NCBI GenBank assembly: GCA_028534125.1
Contig: CM052817.1
Coordinates: 76,448,001-76,512,000, forward strand
From: Lama glama
Lineage: Eukaryota
DNA: 64,000 bases
Reading direction: 5' to 3'
The notes beneath the pieces are model-generated. The model had not been told where the DNA came from. It worked only from the letters and a program-made list of their open reading frames with translations, and did not search any database. Shown piece after piece: positions 11,855 through 23,579 of this stretch (position 1 is the stretch's first letter; every line of letters starts with the position of its first letter). The position numbers and the translations under genes were made by a program.

Positions 11855-13293
11855 TTGGTATATTTTTAAAATTGAAGTATAGTCTGTTTATAATGTAAGT
11901 TTCTGGTGTACAGCATAATGCTTCACTCATGTGAACATACATATATTCATTTTCATATTCTTTTTCACCATAAGTTACTACAAGATATGGAATATAGTTC
12001 CCTGTGCTATAAAGTGTAAACTTGTTTATTTTATACATACTAGTTAGTATCTGCAAATCTCAAACACCCAATTTATCCCTTCCCAACCACTCCTGCTCCG
12101 GTAGCCATAAGCTTGCTTTCTATGTCTGTGAATCTCTTTCAGTTTTGTAAATTGACTTTTTTTTTTTTTAGATTGCAAGTATAAATGATATCATATGGCA
12201 TTTTTCTTTCTCCTTCTAACTTACATCACTTAGAGTGACATTCTCCAGATCCATCCAAGTTGCTGCAAATGGCATTATTTTATTATCTTTTATGGCTGAG
12301 TAGTATTACATTGTATAAATATACCACAACTTCTTTATCCAGTCATCTGTCGATGGACATTTGGGGTGTCTCCATGTCTTGACTATTGTAAATAGGGCTG
12401 CTATGAACATTGGGGTGCATGTATCTTTTTGAATTAAGGTTGCTCTGGATACATGCCCAGGAGTGGGATTGCTGGATCATATGGTAAGTCTATTTTTAGT
12501 CTTTTGAGGGATTTCCTTACTATTTTCCATGACGGCTACACCAAACTATATTCCCAGCAACAGTCCAACAGTGTAGAAGTGTTCCTTTTTCTCCACAGCC
12601 TTTCCAGCATTTATTGTTTCTGGACTTTTGAATAATGGCCATTCTGACTGGTGTGAGGTCTCATTGTAGTTTTGATTTGCACTTCTCTGATAATTAGCGA
12701 TATTGAACATTTTTTTCATGTGCCAATCGGCCATTTGTACGTCTTCACTGGAGAAATGCTTGTTTAGGTCTTCCGCTCATTTTTGGATTGGGTTGTTTGG
12801 TTTTTGTTATTAAGTTGTATGAGCTGTTTATGTATCCTGGAAATTAGGCCCTTATCTGTCTCCTCTTTTGCAAATACTTTCTCCTTCTCTGTAGGTTGTC
12901 TTTTTGTTTTGCTTATGGTTTCCTTTGCTGTACAAAAGCTTATAGGTTTAATTAGGTCCCATTTGTTTATTTTTGCTTTTATTTCTATTACCTGGGTGTA
13001 GACTGCCATAGGAGAACATTGCTAAGATTTATGTCAGATAATGCTTTGCCTATGTTTTCTTCTAAGAGGTTTTTAGTGTCTTGCCTTATGTTTAAGTCTT
13101 TGAGCCACTTTGAGTTCATTTTTGGGTATGGTGTGAGGGAGTGTTCTAACTTCATTGATTTACATGTGCTGTTCAGTTATCTCAACACCATTTGCTGAAG
13201 ACTGTCTTTACTCCATGGCATGTTCTTGCCTCCTTTGTCAAAGATTACTTGACCAAAAGTTTGTGGGTTTATTTCTGGGCTCTCTATACTGTT
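11855..13293 (-). mobile_element. 5'-truncated, relatively young L1 (ORF2 C-terminus plus 3'UTR)
   Basis: ORF 12764-13009 ([34 protein letters not shown]) is L1 ORF2. A typical 3'UTR and T tail lie at ~11860. Frameshifted. Confidence 0.95.
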
Positions 13294-13407
13294 CTTTAAA
13301 TATAAACAAGTATATTAAAATTTACCCCTTTTTTTGACAATATAATAAGTTTAATCAAATATGTAGTTAAATCTGACTTTAGCATTGTCAAATTTAATGG
13401 TATAAAA

Positions 13408-13604
13408 CAAGGGCTGACAAATTGTATGTAAAGAGCCAGGTAATAGGCTCAGCTTGGGGGGGGGGCACAGTTGCTATGGCAACCACTCAAATCTGCTGTT
13501 TTTAGCCGGAAATCAGTCGTAGGCAATATTTAATTAAGCGAACGAAGCTGTGCTGCCAGAAAATTTTACTTAAAAATAAAACTGGGCTGTAGTTTGTTGA
13601 CCCT
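13408..13604 (-). mobile_element. MER58A-like hAT-Charlie MITE
   Basis: Degenerate terminal inverted repeats caagggctgacaaa / tttgttgaccct. Internal gtaaagagccag...caaccactcaaatctgctgt...gctgtgctgccagaaaattttactt. Confidence 0.75.
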
Positions 13605-15846
13605 TCATGTAGAAACTAGCATTAAAATGAGCATTAATTTGAAGGTAATTTAGTGTCTAGCATATAGCCTTTTTGAGAGAATGTTCCAAATTTTTGTTTT
13701 AAATGAATTAAGAGAAGTGCATCTCTGTCTAAAACTAAGTTCAAATTATCAAGCATTACTTTAAAAATACTAGAAATATTTAAAAAGCTTATCTGCTTGA
13801 GAGGCCAAGATCAAAATAGAAAAATATCAGAAATAAAGCAATGCCAAAGTAACTGCAAGTTGTTTACTTGCTCATACTATTTGGTCTCCTGAATCTACTT
13901 TTTGAGTCTTGATCTTGTAACTACAGCTAAAAGAAACATTTTATCGAGATAAATAATAAAAATTTGAGATTTTAAGATATTTAAAGATAATTTTGCCTCC
14001 CATAAGGTAACATTTTTTTCTATTGATAACTAGCCTGACAATTAAGCAATGCTTAATCAATTTTTTAAAGATAAATAATGAGTAATATTGTTTTTTCCCT
14101 GCCAAATTTAAGTATTTCTAAATATATCATTGCTAACCAAAGTTTCAGGTAGCTAACAAAATTATGAGCACCCTATCATTGAGAAAATGCATTTTCCCTC
14201 CCATTATAAATAATCAACTCGTTTATAAAATATTAGACACCAATTATGGCTAAGCACCTGATATGACATCTATTGGGGACTAAAACTTAGAAATATCCAC
14301 AGGAAAAAGTGAAGGAAATTGTTCCCCAAATTCATTCCTCTTTTTAATGTTCTGTCTTCTCTATCTGGAAGGTCTTAGTCTCAGAAAGACAGAAACAAAA
14401 TTATATCAAGTGTATTCAGTGGCAATTTCAAGAACAAGAACCTCAATCAATTTTTTCTAGGAATGGGTAAGCCATAGGTATAATATCTAGTATAAAATTT
14501 ATTGGAGTCTGTTATGATACGCTTCAATATTTAACACATACTTAATTATTGAAAATCCAATGTGTCACTATTGAGTGTACTAAAAACATGGAAAATTTAG
14601 TGAAGCATGACTAATTTCCTCACCAGTTTCTCATTCCTTGGTGTGTGTGCGTGTGCATGCATTTTGTGGTGTTATGACCATGGACTAGTCTCTTCTTTGT
14701 CCTAGATGGGATAACTAAAAGATAAGCATAACCTGCTATGTTCGGGATCATATGACTATCACTGCTGTAAATTAAGTAATTATGAACAGAACAACATTCT
14801 CATCCTTGCATATGAATTTGCAAGAAGGGTACAAAATAAGTCAATGGGAAAATGTGATTTTGATGACAGAACTTCTTAAGCAGCTGTTCTAGGGCTTCCT
14901 GAATTCCTCATAGAAAGTGATTTTCCATCTCTCAGAAACAAAATGGGAGGGCTTTTCCTCAGAACTTCTAGCTGCTCTTTCTCACCTCTCATCTCACTAA
15001 CCAGTAGAGGAAAATAAATTATTTTCTTTAAATTCTACAAAATCCCTAGGCTGTTGCTAAATTGTTGAGAATGATTTTCTGTAGAGGAGACAAGATGTCT
15101 CATTCAGGAGCAATGCTCTCAGCTGGGTCTACAGGCAGTAAGAGAGTAATATGAATAAGAAACACCACTGTGAAAGTAATTATACAAACCTGAAAATATT
15201 CCAAGATACTTTTAGGAACTGAAGTATTCCTAAAGGTCTAAAAAGCTTTTGGCCTCTTAGGAAGAATATTGACCTTCATTAATTTACCCAACATACTTGA
15301 GGAAGCCTTTTTAAAAACCATCTGTCAGCCTGTTCTGAAAAGCCTCTTTTATTCAGGAAACTCTTTTACTCCTCAGAAGGGATTCAAGAAGACAATAGGG
15401 ACATGAAAAAATGCATGAAATATCAAAAATGAGCAAGAAAAGTGATGTTATTAAAAGTCAAGAAGAGCTTCTGAAGCTATGAAAAATTTTTTTAAAGTAT
15501 TTTTTGAAAATATAATGGATGTGAATCATTTTTTCTTCATCACCCATTTTCCTCTTCACAGTAATAGAATTAAAAGCAAATGTTTACTAGAAACAAAGGA
15601 ACTAAGTAGAAACTTGGTAGAAAATTCAGTTGAACTAGTTAGTTGGCATTAAGCTAACTAAATTTAGATTTTTTAATCTATAAAAAATTTTCACTAATAT
15701 TTGATGTGTGTACTTAAGTGCACAGAAAACTGCTTGAAAGGGAGTTTGCAATACTAGACATTACAGATTATAAAAAGGCTTCATAGTCATCTCATATAAA
15801 TTTTTACCCTGTATTCTATTTTCCAGGTTTCTATTCAATTGTTAAT

Positions 15847-15898
15847 TATATATATATATATATATCTGAAAATATATGTATATATCTGAAAATATATA
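15847..15898. repeat. (TA)n microsatellite plus a two-copy 20-bp tandem repeat
   Basis: tatatatctgaaaatatat occurs at 15859-15877 and 15879-15897, preceded by a (TA)n run. Confidence 0.85.
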
Positions 15899-18369
15899 TT
15901 AGCAAATGTGTGCTTTACCTTATTCTTATGATATTTAAAGTAAATTTTATAAATTAAATAACATTTTGCATATAAAAGATCTAAATTGATCATTTGAAAA
16001 TTTATCTCTTTTGTAGATAACAACTTTATTGTCAAGAATCAATACTCTGATCAAATTACTTTGTGAATTTAGTAACTTGTAATTATTTTTTCTGTAACGA
16101 ATGCAATTGATTCATAGATGATAATCTTTTTTTAAGCTTATAGGCAACCTGTTTTTTGTTTGTTTATTAATCACTGAGCCAAATCAAGGTGTGGTCAAAT
16201 AGATGAATTTAAAATATGTGATGTCACTTTTTCGGTACCAATATATTGTTCTCCATTGGTCTACTGTTACACGTTTTTCTCTTCCTACAGTACATATAAC
16301 TATCATCTACGGTCATTTCTTAATACTAAACTACAAACGTGGTACACAATTTCATCAAAAGGCTATGTTCAAAACTTGGGAGGCAAAGAATGACTTATGC
16401 ATAGAGGTACTTGTGAATTCAGGAGTTCATGTGGATTTTATTTCTCAGTTGAAGAAAAATTATTTGAAAGAAAAAGCAGACCTGAACTTGAAGCAATGAA
16501 TAGAATAGTGTTTAGAAGGAAAAAAAAATGTGTTACGGGGATAAATAAAGCTTGGTAGGTCAGATGTTGTGGAGGACTCTGTGGTGACTCCTTCCAACCA
16601 GGTGGGAACGTCAGGAAACAGAAGATGGAGCACAGGAACAGGACTAGGATGAGAATGCAAGGGACGTGGTGGGAAATGCAATGAGAGTAAGGTCCCAAAG
16701 ACAGACATCAACTTTGCACCTTCATCTTGCATTTTATTTCCTCTGTGAAAGTCAGGATAAGGACCTGTCTTTGTCTTTCTGTATCAAAAATTCAGAGATC
16801 TCATTAACGAGAACAGTGAGAATTGGCAACATTATAATTAAATCTCTCCCTGACTAGTAAGTTTAAGGAATAAAATGTTATGATATTTCTGTCCCGTTTG
16901 AAACTTAATTCTTCTTACCAAAATGATGGCCAACTTTTCTGAATTTGTTTTTACTATAATATTTCCATTTCTTAAACCTCATTTGAATTTCTTATTCTCC
17001 TTTATTGGAGTTTGATTATTCATTTTGTTCTTTTATGGTAAACATCAAGAATATTTAATATTTTTATTCATACCTATACTCCCTCACACAATTAGTCTGA
17101 TCTGCTTAAGCAGCTACTTAGAAAGAAAAATGAGGGAATCCCCACCATAAATTATGTGCTCATAATCTAAAAATGCCTAGTAGCTCATGCAAGTCTTTAA
17201 CATTTCTCCCTCCAGATGGTGAGATTTTTAAGACCAGAATATAAGCCAACATATATAATAGCTTTTGGGGTGGTGTAAGTACACTGATTAAATATGGAAT
17301 GAATAACTACCAGATAATTAAATAATTCCCTATATAATAAATAACACATGCAAATCCCTTGATCTGACGCATACTTGTTTTGACTGCATACCATTAAGGG
17401 TCATTCAGATGGCTGCCAGCCAGTTCCCCTTGTCCATTTCCATTGAGATACCTTGTACTAGGCATGCACATTTTTACCTTTGAGATTTTTCTCCTTTTGG
17501 AGGGTAATTTCTTTTGTATAATATAAACAGTTTTAAAGAAGTTGAATTTTCCCCTGAGCCACATTTTCCCATCTTAAAAGTAAAATTTTCTCATTGATAA
17601 AGCTGAGCACTTTTATATATTGTCTGGCATTCGTGTTCTGGTGTACGTGCATTTTTAAACCACTTAGTGAATCAACCAATTGTGAAACACCATCTATTAA
17701 AATTCCATATATTTTCAAGTGGAGCATTAAATTTATCATACACAGACTAAATTAAGATAGGAGATCCAAGGCTGAACATAATGGATTAGCAAGAATGTGA
17801 AAGAAATCAATGATTCAGCATTTTTGATTAATAGTATATTCAATTTCTGCAAAACTGCTGGACTTTGATAAGAACATACATGTTTCTTAATATTACTGAA
17901 TAATAAAGGTCTCTACAAGCCATCATACACTTGGTGACTGGCATTCCTAGCAAGATTCAGTATAATAAAGGTATACCTCAACTGTGAAAAGTACTATGAC
18001 AGGCTGAACTCCAAGTATTTATTTCTCCCTCTCCATTAAATTAAGCCTGAATCTGTTCAGCTCCAGGAAAATATATTTTCTTTTAATACCCGTAAATTGT
18101 ATGCTCTTTGTAATCGAAGTTTTAAGAATTTTACAGTATGGGAATGAAACCTGTTCATCAAATTTCTCTTAACTTAATAGGGATCCAACCACATTAATAA
18201 ATTATACACATGATTTTTTTAATAGAATGATAGTGATTACTTCCCTGTTTTACAACTTATAAAGAGATGATTCATTTTAAAATGACTGAACACCAAAAAG
18301 CTAGTGTGGACATGATAAACAGTGGATAAAACTGATGGATTTCTTTCCAAAACTCTAGTGTGAAACAAG

Positions 18370-18938
18370 TGTATTTGTTATGTGTGCTATGTAAAAAAAC
18401 CATGACACACTTACGGGCTTAACATGATATGCAGTTATAATTTCACAGTATTTGTGTGTCAGGAATCTGGATATAGCTTAGCTTGGTCCTTGGGTTCAGG
18501 GTCTCTCATGAAGCTCAGTCAAGGTATCACCAGGCCTTGGGTCTCATTTGAAGGCCTGATTGGTGAAGGATTCAGTTCCAAACTCACTTACATGGTTGTT
18601 GCCAGGATTCACTTGATTTTGGGCTGTTGGACTGAGGATATCGTTGTTTTTTGTTTTTGTTTTTTCCCAGCTGGCTGTTGACAAGTGGTCACCTTTAGTT
18701 CCTTGCCACATGGGCCTCACTGGCATGGCAACTTGCTTCATCAAACCAGCAAGGGAAAGAGTATAAAGAGAACCTGCTAGATGGAAGTTATAAATCTCCT
18801 TCAGCCTAATCACAGAAGTGGCCCCTTTGCCATAGTCTATCTTAAGAAGCAAATTATCCCACATCAGGGGAAGGGAATATACAAGAGCTTGAATGCCAGA
18901 AGGTGGAGCTCACTGGAGGCCATCTCAGAGTCTGCCAC
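18370..18938 (-). mobile_element. MaLR solo LTR, MLT1F-like
   Basis: Antisense MLT1 motifs: gtcaggaatctggatatagcttagct, ttccaaactcacttacatggttgttgccaggattca, agttccttgccacatgggcctc, ggaggccatctcagagtctgccaca. Confidence 0.8.
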
Positions 18939-20184
18939 AACAGAATGTTAATTGCAAGAGAATCTTTTTTCAGTTAAAAAGAGCAACATCATTTTCAATA
19001 TAAGACACCTGTGTGCATATGTATGTGTGCCCATGTGTGTGCATGCATGACTAAATGATGTTTGACTTTAATATTTGGAAGCTACAAGAGGACCATGTTG
19101 CAGGATTTCTTTTTTCTTATATTCCATGGTTTTTAAAATTTGATTATCCAAAGTCTATTCTTCATAGATGGTTTGGTGCTATAGTATAATGAACAGGAAT
19201 ACATTTTGAAAATGTAGTTGAAGAAATAATGAGATCATGCATATGCCTTTTAAAAAGTCAGGTCTCCATACTCCCAACAGGGACACCATGTAGTAACAAC
19301 AAATGTCTAAACTGTAACACCAGGGAGAATTCTTATGCATTATTTACTGAAGCTACGTAAAAGTAATAAAGGAAGTAATGATTCAAATACAATAAAAGAA
19401 AAATTGTGGAAGTCTTTTAAATAGACCAAAGAGAATACTGAGTATCCTCAGTGGAAGCAAGGCGTGATGTGTGAGCTAACTAATTTGATAATTTTTGTAT
19501 ACTCCAAGTTTGTCACTGAGAAATTATATTAAAATTTATAGCCAGCTATTTTAAATTGCAATGAAAAAACACTTTAGTAAATTTTAGTAATAAAAAATTA
19601 AGGACATCTTTTAGAAATGAAAAGAGGTGGATATAATTAAAATGTTAAATTATAGTTGAAACAAAGATCATAATCATAAAATGTAATTGTAAGAAGTTCA
19701 TTATTTTGTACCCTAATGTGTTCTTTCCATTTCAAAATGTACATTATATATTTGCTATTAAAAGAATAAACAGTGAATGAACTAAGATAATAAGAAGTGT
19801 TACAAACTATACACTTTAGAGAATGAATTTTTTCAAATATTCATTTTCTTGTTCTGTATATGCAATTTACTCTTTAAATCTCTGGACTAGTAATTTTTCT
19901 TTATAACATTAGAGGCTAATACAGTAATGGTCTTTAGTATACAAAAACCTTTACATTATGTAAGCATTCTTTGAATCATTAAATTGTAAGGTATTCATTT
20001 GATAGCCTCTTATTAAACTTCTGATTATGTATATAAATTATGAATATAATTATAGATGGTTATCAATATATATTAAGTGATGCAAAACATCATGCATTAT
20101 TATAAAAAAATGAAGTGTAGATAGAGTGTACACCTAAGCACTTGGGATCACTGGCTGCTGCTGTTTTAACTCTTGAGTGGGAGA

Positions 20185-20350
20185 TGGAGTAACAGTGTAG
20201 TGGAGAGAGCATCCCCTGGGAATAACGAGAATTTCTTTAGCTATATGATACTGAAAATAAATCATCATATTTCCCTAGGCTATCTATGTTCTTTACATCT
20301 GTCAAATAAAAAGATGAATGGCCTCTATGACCCATTGTATGTATAAATCT
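20185..20350 (+). mobile_element. Possible MIR remnant
   Basis: agtgtagtggagagagca...tagctatatgatactg...tcatcat...catctgtcaaataaaaagat follows the MIR core layout. Very diverged. Confidence 0.35.
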
Positions 20351-22509
20351 TCTGAAACAGATCTTCATAGATCTACAAGAAACTATAGGAATTGTAGATA
20401 TATTTTATTTTCTGCCTTGTGTTCTGGAGTTAGGTTAAAAAGGTATTTGTCTTTTAGTTTTGTAACTCATGCAAGGGAATAAATCCTGTATTTGAAGTCA
20501 GCTGTACACAATGAATTATCGCCTAGAGAACATTTAAGAGCAGATTTGAGGGTGTGAAATACTGTAAAATAATAATGCAGATAAGAAAGTTTTTAGCATA
20601 ACAGATACCATGATGATGACGACCAAAATGAGGTTTCAAATTTGTGGATAAATCCTTTAACAATGTTTATCTTTTGTATTGATTTTTACATCCTATGTAA
20701 AATATACTGAGATAGTTTTTGTAAATATTGAGATGACAAGTAACCATAATAAGCTATCTATATTTTACACCATGTAATTCTTGAATTGCCATTTCCTTCC
20801 TCAAAGTTACTTTATCCGTATACCAAAATATCTATGAAATGCAAAAGTTTTCTGGGAAAGTATTCTATCCCGCTATTATTTTAGAAGAGAAATAATAAGC
20901 AACCTTACTCTTTATTAATTAAGCAAAAAAGGATAGGAGAATGGCCTTAAAATTACTTCATCTCATCTTGGTTGTCAGAAGTATGAAGATTACATGTTAT
21001 ATATAATTTACAGTTGTACACATTGATGGTTTTATCCTCCAATGGATATATTCTGTTCTGTAAAACTTAAGCCATAGATAATTGTGTTTGGGGTTCTTAA
21101 TAATAGAATTTATTTTCTCACGGAAATATCCCTTGAGGGGAGAAACACAGTATTTTATGTACATGATATGGTTATTTTCAAGTTCACTTAGTGATTTTTA
21201 TTTGCTTAAAGAACTCAGCTTTCTGGGTTAAATGTTGTCTTGACAGAAAGGAAATTTTTAAAATGAAAATTGTCAGTCTAACAGTTTTAAAAGTGAAGTT
21301 ATATTTAAGACGGTCTATTTCCTAGTAAATCATGATAGAGAAGAAATGTGGACATGTACCCCAGAAATATATGTGATACTGACAACATACTTCTATCCCA
21401 TCACTAAATAGATTTTCCGTCGTTATTGTATGCAGTGAAGAGTCTCATAACTTTCTGTTTAGAAAAACAACTGAGTCATTTCAATGAAGAACCTGCAATG
21501 TAGATCTAATCATTCTTTGGAATACAGAATTCTTCATCTTAGATTACATGCTAACACTGAATGGCTTTTACTCTGCCACGTTGTTACACTGTAATTCAGT
21601 GTTTTTAGTTTATCCTTTTAACCTATGTTGATATTCAAAACTGAAAGAGAAGAAAAACAAATCCATAGATTTTTGGAAAAGCAAAGAGAATATTTAATTA
21701 AAACTATGCAATTCTTAAAAAGCTACTTTATATAATACTACCATTAGCATTAAATTCTACAAATAGAAATTGATCTTAGACAGTAAATCTATTTTGGTTC
21801 TGACTGACTCCAAAAAAGTTACAAATTTACACTGTACAATTTCACAGCTGAAACAATAAATTTTTAAATAAATTAGAAATTATAAGCAACTGATATAGAC
21901 ATTAGAGACTTAGTATCACATGAAAATATCACAGCAGAAAAAATTTCTTTTTCATATGGCAAAATCAGTGAAACTGCAAAAGAATCTTTACCTGTTTTGA
22001 TTACGAAATCTGGTGTTGGTTATGTGAAAAGAAAAATAGTCTTCAAACCTAAGTAATCAAGATATATGTATAAACCTGTGTTCTTGACTGATAGCCATTT
22101 ACCTCTACAGATTAGCAGCTATAAATGAAAAATGGTTGCATTCCAAATTTCCATTTATAATTAAATTGTTTGCATCTCTACTGATAATTTTGCACAGAAA
22201 AATTGTGCTGTTACATAATTCATAATGCAGCCAAAAAGGAAATCTTAGAATATTATATTACTAATGAGCATGTATCCTTTAGAACCACCATTTGTTATAT
22301 AGTGTTTATAGTTCATATTAATCAAAATGCAGAATCTCAACTTTAGATTCTAACTTATTGAGCTAGGGAGACTTTAGAAAATGTCTTATTGGGGATGTAG
22401 GTTATCGTCCTGCTGGTATGCTCATTAATGAGTTAGGCTGAATTTGCTTAAAAATTAATTTAAGTGTTATGATAACAAGGTTTGTAACTTTTTTTTTTTT
22501 TTTTTTTTA

Positions 22510-22805
22510 GCTGTTCAGAAAGCAAAACACCAGCCAAGCCACAGGAGAAGGGCATGTGCTCATGTCAGCAAATTCAAGTCATCCTACTCCTGGAGCCAGA
22601 ATGGAGCTGAAAAAGGTTCCAGATAATTCTAGCTCCCAGCATTCAAGTCAACTCCAGCCTTTGATTCTTCCTATGGGAGGCTCCAGACTTCATGGAGGAA
22701 ACAGTCATCCTCGTCATTCATCCCCTCTCCAAATCTCTGAAACACAGAATTGGTAAGCATAAAAAACGTTTCTTTTAAAGGGCTAAATTTTGGGCAAACA
22801 TAACT
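22510..22805 (+). mobile_element. MLT1 (G/H-like) LTR fragment, preceded by T20 at 22489-22508
   Basis: ccagataattctagctcccagcattcaagtcaactccagcc...ggaggctccagac...ccaaatctctgaaacacagaat...ttttaaagggctaaattttggg. Confidence 0.55.
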
Positions 22806-23579
22806 GGTCTATGAGTTCACTGTTGTAAAAGACTTACTTCTCACTTAATAAAAGTAAAATATCTTTCTAACTCTAGGTATATACTTTAAATGATCTTATA
22901 CTACAGTAATAAGATAAAATAAATGATCTATCTTATCAGTATCCACACTAATAAGGCTAACCCAATTTTAACATAAAAAAGAGATGAATGCCACCCTGAT
23001 TCACACCAAAAAATACTATTAATATTTTAAATGTGCCCAGGGGAATGATACAGAAACAGAAAAACTTCTCCAGAAACTACTAGCTCAGAATCTTTTTTCT
23101 GTTAGAACCCAAGTACATACTATGCATTGGAATCTTTAGACAAATCAAACTAATTGGATAATTGAGGTTTAAATTTAAAAAAGAGCTATATGTCTTTTCT
23201 CTTTTTATCAGATTGTATATTTTAATTTTTAAAATAAGATTTGTGTGTTTTTCATGAAGAGGTTAGGTAATCTGAATGTCCTGTCTTACACTTGTTTATA
23301 GATCATATAAGCCAATACTATTATAAATTACTTAAAGTTAACAATAGTGTATAATTTATTTATATTGAATTATTCTGGTAAGTTTTAATATTAGTGGTAA
23401 TTATATACAATAGTGTTTGTGTTTAAATATAATTTCCAAGATCTTTAATTGACTCTAAGACTGTTATTTGTAAGCTTGTTATTTTAAGATTTTATTTTGT
23501 CATCTTTCTTTTTAAATACCTTTCTGTCATAATTATAGAAAGTATCATTTATCATTCAGTTAGATTTATTTGCTTTTAT

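Noticed and set aside
14041..14057. Inverted repeat attaagca-a-tgcttaat
   Set aside because: AT-rich 8-bp arms are expected by chance in this composition.
22489..22510. T20 followed by AG as a splice acceptor or terminator
   Set aside because: A simple mononucleotide run next to an MLT1 fragment, with no supported downstream exon.
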